A stretch of 64,000 bases of DNA, taken from IMG/VR virus record IMGVR_UViG_3300031867_000038, positions 9,954 to 73,953 of that record; one strand, 5' to 3'. The DNA comes from a virus (Duplodnaviria > Caudoviricetes). Within the stretch, counting starts at the first letter, position 1. Every line of letters begins with the position of its first letter. A model generated the notes under the pieces. It worked only from the letters and a program-made list of their open reading frames with translations, did not search any database and was not told the origin of the DNA. The translations under genes and the position numbers were made by a program. Positions 42,128-51,845 of this stretch are shown in pieces.

Positions 42128-42141
42128 AGTGTTTCTCCTTT

Positions 42142-42585
42142 TTATCCTACGGCATTTTCGTCATAGTAACAATTAAAATTATTTGCGGCGGCCGCCTCAT
42201 ATGTAATACCGCCTGATGTGTTTTCTTTTGTAGATTTAGCGTAATAAGCTGCAAGAGCAATTACTTCTCCTACAACAGTTCCAATTAGGGTAACAAGTGG
42301 TGTAAAGTCTGGCATAATTCCCATTACAAGAGCTAGATGTAAACTTTGTACTGTAACCCAAGCTGTAAAAATCTCAATAAAAGTACAAGAAATAAAAAGA
42401 AAGATAAGAGCTTTTTTACTCATCGTAAGTGAGTTAGCTGTTGATTTTGTTAGCTCATTATATTCTTCACGTATCTTTCTTTGCCTTTTGAGATTTTCTT
42501 TTTCAATTTCCCATTTTTCTTCATCCTTGGCAACCTGTTTAGCTTTGTCAAGGTATTCATATTTCTCTTTTCTAAGGAATAGCAT
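42142..42585 (-). CDS. two-TM membrane protein (lysis cassette)
   Basis: Two hydrophobic helices, YYAKSTKEN. Confidence 0.55.
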   Translation of the reverse strand: MLFLRKEKYEYLDKAKQVAKDEEKWEIEKENLKRQRKIREEYNELTKSTANSLTMSKKALIFLFISCTFIEIFTAWVTVQSLHLALVMGIMPDFTPLVTLIGTVVGEVIALAAYYAKSTKENTSGGITYEAAAANNFNCYYDENAVG

Positions 42586-42598
42586 TAATTATCCCTCT

Positions 42599-43852
42599 TT
42601 ATAATTTTTGTGCGATAGTTGCGATTTTACTCCTATATATATTTGGGAGAGTAATTTCTCCATAAATATCTTCTCCACGAAATACTTGAGATACTCTTCG
42701 TAGACCATTATTATTCCCTGCATATAAGCTTGCATCAACTTGAGCTTCGCTATCACCATCTAGCACACATACGCAATCTTCACCAATTCTTTGTAATGCT
42801 AAACGCATTAATTCTACATCCATATTTTGTGCTTCTGTAATATAAACTCCAGCTCTCATACCAGTAGTATCAAATCCTCTAAGATCTGCTAATGGCAATA
42901 ATAATAAAGAACCATCTTCTATTAAACGTTCTACTTCTAATTTATCTCCAAGTTTACTGGCTAAAAAATTACCAATTTGAGAATCTAATAATTTATCATC
43001 TTTAGATCCAGGATAAAATCCTAATTTAGCAGCTCCGTTGGCAGCAACTGTATTACAAAAAATAACTATTTTATCTATATTATTGTATTCTAATTGATGA
43101 AATAAATAAGCCATAGATAAATATGACTTACCACTACCAGCTGGCCCGCGCAGTAATGTAATTTTATTTTTTAAAAGAGAATCCATAGCAATTAATTGAT
43201 AACTATCTTTTGGTTTAATTTTACCAAACTGTTTGCTATCTAATGTATAAAAAGTTGGTATTCTTGTATAAATTACTCCATCATATTTATAATAATCAAT
43301 AACTTCGCCTTGAGAATCTTTTAATAATAAATATTGGTTAGGAAGTAAATCAAATATATTTTCTTCAGTCGGAGTGTAAATTTGATTATAAATTTTTTCT
43401 AACTCAATATTAGAATTAGCTTGAATTTCTACCCAACCTTTATATGGGATTGTGTCTTCAGGAGAGTATCCAACATTTAAACCCATAGCTGCTGCAATTC
43501 TGTTACAACAATAATCTTTGGTAATAAAAAGAATTGGAATATTTTTTTGTTGTAATTTAAAAGCAGATAAAATAATACGACTATCATTATTATCTGATAA
43601 TACACTATGTAATTTTAAATCTAAATCCCAAGCATTATCATAAATTATTAGTTCATACTTATCTTCATATTTTGATAATAATTCAATTAACTTTCTAGCT
43701 TTATATTGTACTAAAGGATCTTTAGAATTAGATGTTTTTATATGTTCTAATTCTTTTAATGTAATAGCACTAATATAAAATTTTTCAGTTTTATTAAAAA
43801 TTGCCTGACCTTGATCTAAAAGAGCGCAAGTATCATAAAAAAGATATTGCAT
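42599..43852 (-). CDS. phoH: PIN domain + PhoH ATPase
   Basis: FYDTCALL, NDSRI, GPAGSGKS, LRG, TEAQN, DGDSEAQVD. Confidence 0.9.
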   Translation of the reverse strand: MQYLFYDTCALLDQGQAIFNKTEKFYISAITLKELEHIKTSNSKDPLVQYKARKLIELLSKYEDKYELIIYDNAWDLDLKLHSVLSDNNDSRIILSAFKLQQKNIPILFITKDYCCNRIAAAMGLNVGYSPEDTIPYKGWVEIQANSNIELEKIYNQIYTPTEENIFDLLPNQYLLLKDSQGEVIDYYKYDGVIYTRIPTFYTLDSKQFGKIKPKDSYQLIAMDSLLKNKITLLRGPAGSGKSYLSMAYLFHQLEYNNIDKIVIFCNTVAANGAAKLGFYPGSKDDKLLDSQIGNFLASKLGDKLEVERLIEDGSLLLLPLADLRGFDTTGMRAGVYITEAQNMDVELMRLALQRIGEDCVCVLDGDSEAQVDASLYAGNNNGLRRVSQVFRGEDIYGEITLPNIYRSKIATIAQKL

Positions 43853-43948
43853 ATAGTTTGTCTCCTTTAACTAAATAAAAATGCGGCTATTAAAAGCCGC
43901 ATATCTATACAGTTTCTTCAAATAAAGATGAAAAATAGTTAATATATT

Positions 43949-44383
43949 TTATTTGTTTTTGGCCTTAAAATAATTATCTGTGTTTTCTATCTTTGTTTTA
44001 ATATTTTCATTAAATTTATTAATAGCTCTATTTAGTGATTCAATATTAAAAGCTAATTCACAAATCTTATCATAAATTTCATTAGATGTACGAGTATTTT
44101 TTGGAGAGGTATAATAAATATGTTCTAATGTTTTTTTCGCATATTGATCAAGTCTTTTGCGATATTTAAAATATTCAATAAAGGCTCGCATATGGGCAAG
44201 AGTCTGTCCTGTAAGAGGAGTATATGCTTTCTTTTCCATATCATCTGGATGAACCCGTGCAGTTCCTGTAAAAATACCTTCGGGAGTTTGAATACTTACA
44301 ATACTTAAACCAGTATTTTTAGAAAAATCGCTATAAACAATAGGAAATCTACGTTTAGTTTCATCTTCAATTTTAAAATGCAT
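43949..44383 (-). CDS. hypothetical protein
   Basis: Likely start ATG 44383; GTARVHPDD motif. Confidence 0.55.
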   Translation of the reverse strand: MHFKIEDETKRRFPIVYSDFSKNTGLSIVSIQTPEGIFTGTARVHPDDMEKKAYTPLTGQTLAHMRAFIEYFKYRKRLDQYAKKTLEHIYYTSPKNTRTSNEIYDKICELAFNIESLNRAINKFNENIKTKIENTDNYFKAKNK

Positions 44384-44387
44384 AACA

Positions 44388-44912
44388 TCAATCCTTACTT
44401 GTTTTAATATCATTAATAATTTGTTCCAAAGAAACAGGATAATTATTATGCGCATCTAATGCAACATTATAAATACAATCTTCCTTATTAATAATATCGG
44501 GCTTATGAGTATGTCCTGATAGATTCCAAACAGGATGCCGTTCATGATAATTACCCATTTTCATAGGATAATGAGTAGCCCAAAAACTAATTCCTTGTTC
44601 TTTAAAACGATATCCCATTTGAATATCTTTAAAAATTTTTGCGTCTTTATATAGTTCAATGCGGGCGTCAGTGTCATGATTACCATAGGCTAGATACTTA
44701 TTGCCTTTAAGCTGCCGCAAACATGTAAGACCAAATTTATCATTTCGAAGCATACAATCACCAAGAATATAAACAGTGTCATCATAATCAATCATAGAAT
44801 TATAATTTTGAATAGTTTTATGAGCAGCTTCTATCCAACTACCAAAGCCACGAGGAGCCCATATAAATTCTTTTTCGTGGCCAAAATGAAAATCTGAGGT
44901 AAACCAAATCAT
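44388..44912 (-). CDS. calcineurin-like metallophosphoesterase
   Basis: SDFHFGH, LGD, GNHD, THYP, GHTH. Confidence 0.9.
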   Translation of the reverse strand: MIWFTSDFHFGHEKEFIWAPRGFGSWIEAAHKTIQNYNSMIDYDDTVYILGDCMLRNDKFGLTCLRQLKGNKYLAYGNHDTDARIELYKDAKIFKDIQMGYRFKEQGISFWATHYPMKMGNYHERHPVWNLSGHTHKPDIINKEDCIYNVALDAHNNYPVSLEQIINDIKTSKD

Positions 44913-44915
44913 TTT

Positions 44916-45407
44916 TTACACCTCTACATTCTTATCATTAGATACGTGTAATATTCCAATATACTTATACGTATCAAGATCAGGGTCTTGAAATTGATGA
45001 TACATACGACGCATAACAGTGACGGGAACTCGCGCGCGGCCTTCTCTATTATTATTTCTTTCAATTGCAGTAGCTAAATCGCAGGTAACTACAACAGGAA
45101 TAATATTGTAATTATTTGAAAAAATCCGCCGTATTTTATTTCGGCTAGCTTCATTAAGATGAGTAGCATCTGCGATCACATTAATTACTTCATCCTCTTC
45201 AAAAGCAGCTTTAATAGTATTTACGAACTGATTAAACACTTCTTTTTCTTTTGAAAAATACTCTTCATTTGCGGGGACCAGACTAAATCGCACTTCATCT
45301 CTAGATACATACCGCCATTCAGGCCCCCGCATTAATTTGTTTTTAGCGTACCAAGTTTTCCCGCTACCAGGAATACCAACCATTATCCAGAGAGTTTTAT
45401 CATGCAT
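44916..45407 (-). CDS. polynucleotide kinase-like P-loop kinase
   Basis: MVGIPGSGKT, SRDEVR, DATHL, RNNNREG...VP. Confidence 0.85.
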   Translation of the reverse strand: MHDKTLWIMVGIPGSGKTWYAKNKLMRGPEWRYVSRDEVRFSLVPANEEYFSKEKEVFNQFVNTIKAAFEEDEVINVIADATHLNEASRNKIRRIFSNNYNIIPVVVTCDLATAIERNNNREGRARVPVTVMRRMYHQFQDPDLDTYKYIGILHVSNDKNVEV

Positions 45408-45702
45408 CTTTTATCAGCCCCTTTTGTTTTACAGTAGCAATAAAATGTTTCCATGAAGGATCTATTCTCTGACCTTCTTCGTCAAAATTTCCATATTTAA
45501 ATTCAATTTGAAAATCTTCATAGGTGTATCGACCAAATGGTCTGACTTCTACCATATTTCGTTGAATCCTGCATCTAGGGCAGTATAGTTTTTTTAAATG
45601 ACCAGGCTCTCTTGTATGTTTAGCTGAACGTACAACAGGGAGTCCAAGAGCACCACAATGGGTACAATAAAAATCACTAATATATTGCAAACTGTTAGCC
45701 AT
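45400..45702 (-). CDS. Zn-ribbon hypothetical protein
   Basis: CTHC...HLKKLYCPRC; start probably 45702. Confidence 0.6.
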   Translation of the reverse strand: MANSLQYISDFYCTHCGALGLPVVRSAKHTREPGHLKKLYCPRCRIQRNMVEVRPFGRYTYEDFQIEFKYGNFDEEGQRIDPSWKHFIATVKQKGLIKDA

Positions 45703-46012
45703 TAATTTCCCTCCATCCATTATGTTGAATAATAGCTCTCATATTCTGAATACCAACAGGGTTCATAGAATGAATATGAAAGAAATAACCTGTATCAACA
45801 ATACCCTGACGCTCAAGCCACTTTAAAATTTCAATATAATCGCCGCCATCTTTAGTATAATTACCAGCATCATGATCGAGATCAATCATAATCGTATCAT
45901 CATGCATATTACTTTCATAAGTACGAATTGCTGATTTAGCTCCATTAACAGTCCGACACCAAAGCCAACTCGTATCGGGCGGCCGCCGCATATCATCAAT
46001 CCACAGTTTCAT
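45695..46012 (-). CDS. cyclic-phosphate-processing receiver-domain protein
   Basis: KLWIDDMR.P, IDLDHDAG, HSMNPVG. Confidence 0.75.
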   Translation of the reverse strand: MKLWIDDMRRPPDTSWLWCRTVNGAKSAIRTYESNMHDDTIMIDLDHDAGNYTKDGGDYIEILKWLERQGIVDTGYFFHIHSMNPVGIQNMRAIIQHNGWREING

Positions 46013-46040
46013 AATAATTCCCCCTTTATTTTATATATAT

Positions 46041-46094
46041 ATTATATCATATTTTTTATAAAAAAGCAAGAGTATCAATATACTCTTGCTTTTT
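46041..46094 (-). promoter_or_regulatory. promoter of RNA-repair operon with -35 in a terminator stem
   Basis: TTGCTT-N17-TATAAT; inverted repeat 46061-46094. Confidence 0.75.
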
Positions 46095-46102
46095 ATTATT
46101 AA

Positions 46103-47356
46103 TTACTTATCTAATAGAGTAATTCCATCAATATCTAGATCAAAGTATGGTGCTGATCTAAATTCAGATTCATGAAAATATCCATCAAAAATTACATTAG
46201 TATCAGGGGTGAAATTAGGATCAGAATCTACATCTGCCATATATTCAGTTAGATGCTCTCCATTGACTGTAAAATTATTAACATCAAAAACATGGATAGT
46301 ATTTGATTCAAGATATTTTCTTGCTTCAATAAGAGCTTCCGCAGTCCCTTCCGCAGCAACCTTATCATTAATCTCTGTCATTGTAACAGATCCAAGAGTC
46401 ATATTACCTGTCCAGTCTACATCAATAGGAGTTCCTGTCTGAACAGAGCTAATAATATATTTGAAATAAGGCGCCCAATCAATGCGAGTAGACACTATAA
46501 AAGTATTAGGTGCGGCTGAAATTGTACTACCGTTATAAGATACATTAGGGATACCTGCGGCTTCACATGCGGATGGCGCCCCCATAGAGTCTGCGTGCTG
46601 GCTAATAAGTTTACAGCCATTTTCAATTAGACGATTCGCGCCTTCTTTTTCCAGAGCTTCATCATACCAAGAATTAGTAAATACAACATCCATAGTTACG
46701 TCAGGACAAATATATCTAGCACCAAGGAAGAAGGCAGTATAACCAGATTTCACTTCAGCATAAGGATAAGCTCCAATATAACCTATCTTAGCTTCTTCTG
46801 GAGTAAACTCTCCATTAGCCATCATTTCATTTAACTTCATACCAGCGGCGACTCCCGCCATAAACCTACCTTCATAGATAGAAGCAAAAGCATTATGGAA
46901 ATTTGGAAGTCCGAGAGTATGAGCCTGTGTGCCAGTAGCATGACAGAACTGTACATCTGGGGCGGCCTGCGCAGCCTGGATAAGATAATCTTCATGTCCA
47001 AAGGAATCAGCAAAGACAATATTGCATCCTTCATCTACAAGATCCATAGCTGCTTCATAGCACTCGCCGCCTTCAGGAATACCAACTTTATTAAGATAAG
47101 GGACTCCCATTTCTTCGCAAGCTTCTTTTGCAGCCTTCATAAAGTTAAGATCATATGTAGACTGTTCATCATGGAGATAAATAAAACCTACTTTAACAGG
47201 AACAAGGCCATCTGGAATAATCTCTGCTTCTGCGGGCGCAGGTTCATTTGATACTTCGGGGCTAGGCTCTGCAGGTACCGCAGGTGTCTGAGTGCAAGCG
47301 CAAAGAGTAAACATCATCATACAAATAAGAATAACTGAAAGAATACGCTTTTTCAT
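46103..47356 (-). CDS. BMP-family (nucleoside-binding type) ABC substrate-binding lipoprotein
   Basis: Lipobox LCAC, VFADSFGH, EGRFMAG, IGYIG, QHADS; own promoter 47420-47448. Confidence 0.88.
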   Translation of the reverse strand: MKKRILSVILICMMMFTLCACTQTPAVPAEPSPEVSNEPAPAEAEIIPDGLVPVKVGFIYLHDEQSTYDLNFMKAAKEACEEMGVPYLNKVGIPEGGECYEAAMDLVDEGCNIVFADSFGHEDYLIQAAQAAPDVQFCHATGTQAHTLGLPNFHNAFASIYEGRFMAGVAAGMKLNEMMANGEFTPEEAKIGYIGAYPYAEVKSGYTAFFLGARYICPDVTMDVVFTNSWYDEALEKEGANRLIENGCKLISQHADSMGAPSACEAAGIPNVSYNGSTISAAPNTFIVSTRIDWAPYFKYIISSVQTGTPIDVDWTGNMTLGSVTMTEINDKVAAEGTAEALIEARKYLESNTIHVFDVNNFTVNGEHLTEYMADVDSDPNFTPDTNVIFDGYFHESEFRSAPYFDLDIDGITLLDK

Positions 47357-47454
47357 AAAAACTCCTTTGATTTTCAAAGTATTATACTATTTATATATGA
47401 GAAATACCCATATATAAATAGTATATCAAAAAATTTTTAAAAGTGCAAATTTAA

Positions 47455-47655
47455 TTAAATTTCTTGGATAGAAAATTTAGTAGTATAATGAGTGTCACAA
47501 TATGGACAATGGCCTTGGCCATAGTATAATTCAATAGGCGCCCCACATTTAGGGCAAGTCATAGGGTGGATTTCAACTACTCCACATTGAAGTTTATAAA
47601 TCTTATCACCCAATTGGATAGAATCAATATATCCTGCGAAATCTGTTTCTTTCAT
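47455..47655 (-). CDS. Zn-ribbon hypothetical protein
   Basis: CPKCG...CPYC. Confidence 0.55.
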   Translation of the reverse strand: MKETDFAGYIDSIQLGDKIYKLQCGVVEIHPMTCPKCGAPIELYYGQGHCPYCDTHYTTKFSIQEI

Positions 47656-47690
47656 ATAATAAATTTAAGTTTTGTCCAACTCTTTTCTTG

Positions 47691-48947
47691 TTATGAATGG
47701 AAACGTAAAAGGAAACTATTACTTACTGCCTTAAAAGATTTAGTTCCGTCAATGCTTCTCAGTACAAACCCCTCCCGCGGCAGCCCATCAATTTTAGATT
47801 CACCTTCGGCAAGGAAGAGAAGCTTATCCAGTCGAGATTCTCCCTTCATGATATCAAGCATATTAAAAGTGAAGTTCGGCTCAAGGATTGGAACACAAGG
47901 AACGTTAAATCCATTCTCTAGCAGATTCTTCATTGCATGGCTATTCCATCTACCCTTATCAGAAGTAATAAGATTAAATGCAGCAAAGTCATGTCCAGCA
48001 AGTCCATAGTCTCTTTTCTGGACGCCCGCACCATAAGTTTCTCCCTGGATAGTGACCCAATTAGCATTAGGCATCCGTTCAAGAAGTTCATTCAACACCT
48101 TGTACATATCATACTTCTGCGCCATTTCCCAATAAATATTAGTATCATAGTAACAAGGCTTATCTACACTATCAAAGCACACGTTACGAGAACAAACATA
48201 AAATTCATTCTTGCGGCGGCCACGCTTCATGGTGAAAGTAGTAGAACTACCATCAATTTTTTCAGTGATAATCCATTCCCCTTCATCTTCCAGAATCCAA
48301 GGCATGTTCTGAACTCTTTCTTCATCGGTCTTTACAACCCACTCTGGCCAGCTATTCTTTTTGTCTTTCTTCTTACCAAAGAATACAAACATCAACTTTC
48401 GGCCCCATGCGCGCTTCATCAGCCAACGCACCCAAGACTTCTTAAAGATGTTAGGATGACGCTGTGCCATTTTCTTATACTTATCTACAGAAGGAGCCTT
48501 GCGCTGGTTATCTTCCACGTCCGCATAAGTTACACCAAGTTCTTTAGTAAGGAAACGAGATTCTCTATCTGCCCAGTGAATTACACCTTTATCATCAGCG
48601 ATACCAACTTCATGTTCATTGGTGTTATGATTATTATTTTCCCAAATTTCCCAACCAAAATCTTCTGCGTGCATAAGAAGACCTTGACTTATAACCTTGC
48701 ACATACGAAGTGTTTTTACCTTATAGTTCCGCTTCTCAAGAAATGCAAAACATTCTTTATCAGACGGAACTTTGGAGTCAATCTCAAAATAGATCGCGGG
48801 ATCACCAACGTTAAACTGGCCTTTTTGAACAATTACCCACCAACCACCGACACGGGCATGCTCAACACGATCATAATTAGGAATAGGACGAATTTCATCA
48901 ATCGTTACAACATAAGCAAGCTCCCGAGACCCCTCTTTATTCAACAT
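47691..48947 (-). CDS. RNA ligase (DRB0094/Rnl2-like)
   Basis: N-terminal OB-like region (FEIDS), TEKIDGSS, QGETYG, REGFV, FKAVS. Confidence 0.88.
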   Translation of the reverse strand: MLNKEGSRELAYVVTIDEIRPIPNYDRVEHARVGGWWVIVQKGQFNVGDPAIYFEIDSKVPSDKECFAFLEKRNYKVKTLRMCKVISQGLLMHAEDFGWEIWENNNHNTNEHEVGIADDKGVIHWADRESRFLTKELGVTYADVEDNQRKAPSVDKYKKMAQRHPNIFKKSWVRWLMKRAWGRKLMFVFFGKKKDKKNSWPEWVVKTDEERVQNMPWILEDEGEWIITEKIDGSSTTFTMKRGRRKNEFYVCSRNVCFDSVDKPCYYDTNIYWEMAQKYDMYKVLNELLERMPNANWVTIQGETYGAGVQKRDYGLAGHDFAAFNLITSDKGRWNSHAMKNLLENGFNVPCVPILEPNFTFNMLDIMKGESRLDKLLFLAEGESKIDGLPREGFVLRSIDGTKSFKAVSNSFLLRFHS

Positions 48948-49008
48948 ATCTTATTCCTTCTTTATTATATAATTACTATTATTTAATAAATCTTTTAAAC
49001 ATAAATCA

Positions 49009-49173
49009 TTATAATATGTCTTTATCTATATAACGCTCAAAAAGTATCCATAGACTGTTATATTTTCCTGAACCACCAGTCATACAAATAATTTCCCAAT
49101 CAGGGTGTTCCGCTAGAAATGAATTTACATCACTTTCATAATAAAACTGTTTACAGAGACGTTCTTTTTCCAT
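49009..49173 (-). CDS. hypothetical 54-aa protein (not in ORF track)
   Basis: AAGGAG RBS; MEKERLCKQFYYESD... Confidence 0.5.
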   Translation of the reverse strand: MEKERLCKQFYYESDVNSFLAEHPDWEIICMTGGSGKYNSLWILFERYIDKDIL

Positions 49174-49188
49174 TTTTATTCTCCTTTT

Positions 49189-49377
49189 TTATAATTTGTT
49201 CGTTACATCAAACAATACACAAATACGATCACAGACTTCATCTTTTTCTTTTTCTGTAATCTTACGCCATTTCCATGCCCAATCAATATAATCAGCAATA
49301 GAAGAAAGAGAGCGTTCACAATATTTATAATTCTCATGCTGCTTCAGTGCTTTATCAATTTTTTGATAAACAGTCAT
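49189..49377 (-). CDS. hypothetical protein
   Basis: AAAGGAG RBS before ATG 49377. Confidence 0.55.
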   Translation of the reverse strand: MTVYQKIDKALKQHENYKYCERSLSSIADYIDWAWKWRKITEKEKDEVCDRICVLFDVTNKL

Positions 49378-49387
49378 ACAAGCTCCT

Positions 49388-49708
49388 TTAATCAATGCAT
49401 GAAAGTACATAATTATGAGGCATATAAGATTCTTTATCAGGGAAGAGAGATTTATATTCATCAATCATCTTCATCAACTCTTCATGAGGATAAGGAGTCA
49501 CAGGTGGCACCATGAAATATTTACTAGGATCTGCGTGCCAAATCATAAGACCAAAGAAATAAGTAGAGTTATCAGGGTCCCATCCATCAATCGCAAAAGC
49601 ATAATCAGATTCCTGAAACTGATTGAATTTTTCTTCTGAAAGTTCACGATATTCTTTGCGCTGAACAATGAAACCATAACCCAATCTGGAACTATAATGA
49701 ACAGACAT
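49388..49708 (-). CDS. hypothetical protein
   Basis: Promoter TTGAAA-N17-TATAAT at 49742-49770. Confidence 0.6.
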   Translation of the reverse strand: MSVHYSSRLGYGFIVQRKEYRELSEEKFNQFQESDYAFAIDGWDPDNSTYFFGLMIWHADPSKYFMVPPVTPYPHEELMKMIDEYKSLFPDKESYMPHNYVLSCID

Positions 49709-49779
49709 TAATCAATCTCCCCTCCCTTATTTTCTATATATATTATAACAAAAAATTTCTTATTTTTCAATAAGAGATA

Positions 49780-50037
49780 TTACATCCAAACTTTCTGAAT
49801 ATTATACATTTCTTTATTCCATCTTAATACTCTATCCCAAGTTTGCTGTGCATAAATATGACAATCTAAAGTAGGATTTATAACATCAATCCAATGCGCG
49901 TCAGCTGCTTCCTGCATTTCAGATCTAAAATCTTCCATAAAAATATCTAGGAGTTGTTCTTCGAGCGGCCGCCGCGTTTTTGCGACAGCTACTACTTCAC
50001 CATTTTCAACATCGACAAGGCAATAAATTTTTTTCAT
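49780..50037 (-). CDS. hypothetical protein
   Basis: 85 aa, coupled. Confidence 0.55.
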   Translation of the reverse strand: MKKIYCLVDVENGEVVAVAKTRRPLEEQLLDIFMEDFRSEMQEAADAHWIDVINPTLDCHIYAQQTWDRVLRWNKEMYNIQKVWM

Positions 50038-50597
50038 AGTTTATATCCTCTCTTTCTTGCTCTTTTAGTAGCATCATCAATCGTCGTTCTATGAATACTT
50101 TCACATTCTTTTAATCTACCAGATTTTACAAATTGGTTAAAGTTAATAGGAGTATATCCCATTACATCTGCGCATACGCATAAATGCCCTTTACGATCTA
50201 CGGTAATGTTATGAGTATGTCCATGAATGTTAAACATCCAGTCTATATCCAGAGGCTCATGCGAAAGAATAATGCGAGGGGAAATAATTAAAGGCCCCGT
50301 ATATACTTCATCAAAAATTTCTTCATATGCAGATGCGCCTACATCATGGTTGCCGCATATAAGAATTTTATAACCTTTTAATTTTCTGGCCCACTCGCAG
50401 TCTCCTACATCACCAAGATGAATTAGCGTTCCAGTTTTACCAACCTTTTGGTTAATTTGTTTTACTAGTTCATCGGGATCAGGGCGTTTGGGAAAAGCTT
50501 TGCGTAAACCATCTTCATTGAAATGTGTGTCAGATATGAGCCACACACCATTTTTCTCAGTCCAATGCTGAAAAGGTTTATATAATCCTTCAATCAT
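50034..50597 (-). CDS. metallophosphoesterase
   Basis: SDTHF, HLGDVG, GNHD, SHEP, HGHTH. Confidence 0.88.
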   Translation of the reverse strand: MIEGLYKPFQHWTEKNGVWLISDTHFNEDGLRKAFPKRPDPDELVKQINQKVGKTGTLIHLGDVGDCEWARKLKGYKILICGNHDVGASAYEEIFDEVYTGPLIISPRIILSHEPLDIDWMFNIHGHTHNITVDRKGHLCVCADVMGYTPINFNQFVKSGRLKECESIHRTTIDDATKRARKRGYKL

Positions 50598-50598
50598 A

Positions 50599-50826
50599 TC
50601 AAAACATCTCCGTTAAGTTACTTTTAATTAATTCAATATCTTGTATAGGTACTATAATTTTATTACCATTTAAGAGAGTTAGATTTATTCGATTAGGATA
50701 AATAAAGCTATCAATTATTCCATGTTTATTAATAGCTTCTGCGGCAACTGGATCATTATGTTCAATATCACCTTTAATTAAAACCAAGTCTCCAATTTTA
50801 AAATCATTCAACATATGTAACCTCAA
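50599..50826 (-). CDS. hypothetical (KOW/SH3-like) protein
   Basis: FKIGDLVLIKG. Confidence 0.4.
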   Translation of the reverse strand: MRLHMLNDFKIGDLVLIKGDIEHNDPVAAEAINKHGIIDSFIYPNRINLTLLNGNKIIVPIQDIELIKSNLTEMF

Positions 50827-51496
50827 ATGTATTTAAATTTAAAAGAGCTGCACGATGACTAACCACACTACAAAGATCAATATCTATTTTATGTCCATTA
50901 CAATATGTAATAATTTCAGGTGGATTTTTTCTACGGATGCCGAGATACTCTGCCAAATATTGTACAGGAGTATGTCCATGAATAATAATTTGAGATGATG
51001 CGTTAGGAAGACATTCAGGCCAACTATCATAAAAATGGTATCTATCCCATAAAAGATCAGAAAGTTCTTCACATCCAAAAGTAAATCCAGCGTGGGTTAA
51101 ATGGATAATTTGTCCTTTATTATTTGTAACAATTTGTTTGATTGGCAAATGATCACACCAAGTTTTAAAACTATAAATTTCACTATCAGACTTAGTTTCA
51201 TCCATTAATGTAAACCAAGTTTCATTGCCGCCATTAATGCACCAATTAAATACATCAGAGCTATCATGGCCTAGAAGCATGTCAGGAATCGCGGCAGCCG
51301 CCATGGCTTCATGATTACCTTTTAAAACTATTAAATTAGATATTTCCTGTTGTTCTTTACAGATTTTATAACTGCCAGGCCCACGATCAATGTTATCTCC
51401 AAGACAATAAAAAGTGTCTTGAGGGGTGATTTTATTTTTGATTTTTTCCCATAGATCATATTGTCCATGGAGATCAGAAAACACATAAAGCCCCAT
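50804..51496 (-). CDS. Ser/Thr protein phosphatase-type metallophosphoesterase
   Basis: SDLHG, GDNIDRG, KGNHE, HAG, HGHTP; promoter 51527-51555. Confidence 0.9.
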   Translation of the reverse strand: MGLYVFSDLHGQYDLWEKIKNKITPQDTFYCLGDNIDRGPGSYKICKEQQEISNLIVLKGNHEAMAAAAIPDMLLGHDSSDVFNWCINGGNETWFTLMDETKSDSEIYSFKTWCDHLPIKQIVTNNKGQIIHLTHAGFTFGCEELSDLLWDRYHFYDSWPECLPNASSQIIIHGHTPVQYLAEYLGIRRKNPPEIITYCNGHKIDIDLCSVVSHRAALLNLNTFEVTYVE

Positions 51497-51639
51497 AAGA
51501 TTCCTTCTTTCTCATTTTCTTTATATATTATAATATATTTTTTATAATTTGACAAGTATCGAAATATTGGTCAGATATTAATAAGAGAGAATTAAATTTT
51601 TTTATATTTATTATAAAAATAAATACAAGGAGTGATTAG

Positions 51640-51834
51640 ATGTTATCTTTAAGAGGCGATTACAATAATAGATACTGGATTGGTTTATCTACTGATGAAC
51701 CAAAGCCTTCTCTTACATCAGAAGATCCTTATTTACGTGCTGTTATTAATGGGATGCCATTATATGAAATGGATTCTGAAAAAATATATTTATTTGATGA
51801 AGCCAATAACCAATGGCGATTACAGTCAGAGTGA
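51640..51834 (+). CDS. small tail-locus hypothetical protein
   Basis: AGGAG RBS; GLSTDEPKP...LYEMDSEK.YLFDE..W. Confidence 0.55.
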   Translation: MLSLRGDYNNRYWIGLSTDEPKPSLTSEDPYLRAVINGMPLYEMDSEKIYLFDEANNQWRLQSE

Positions 51835-51845
51835 GGTAGCTTTTT

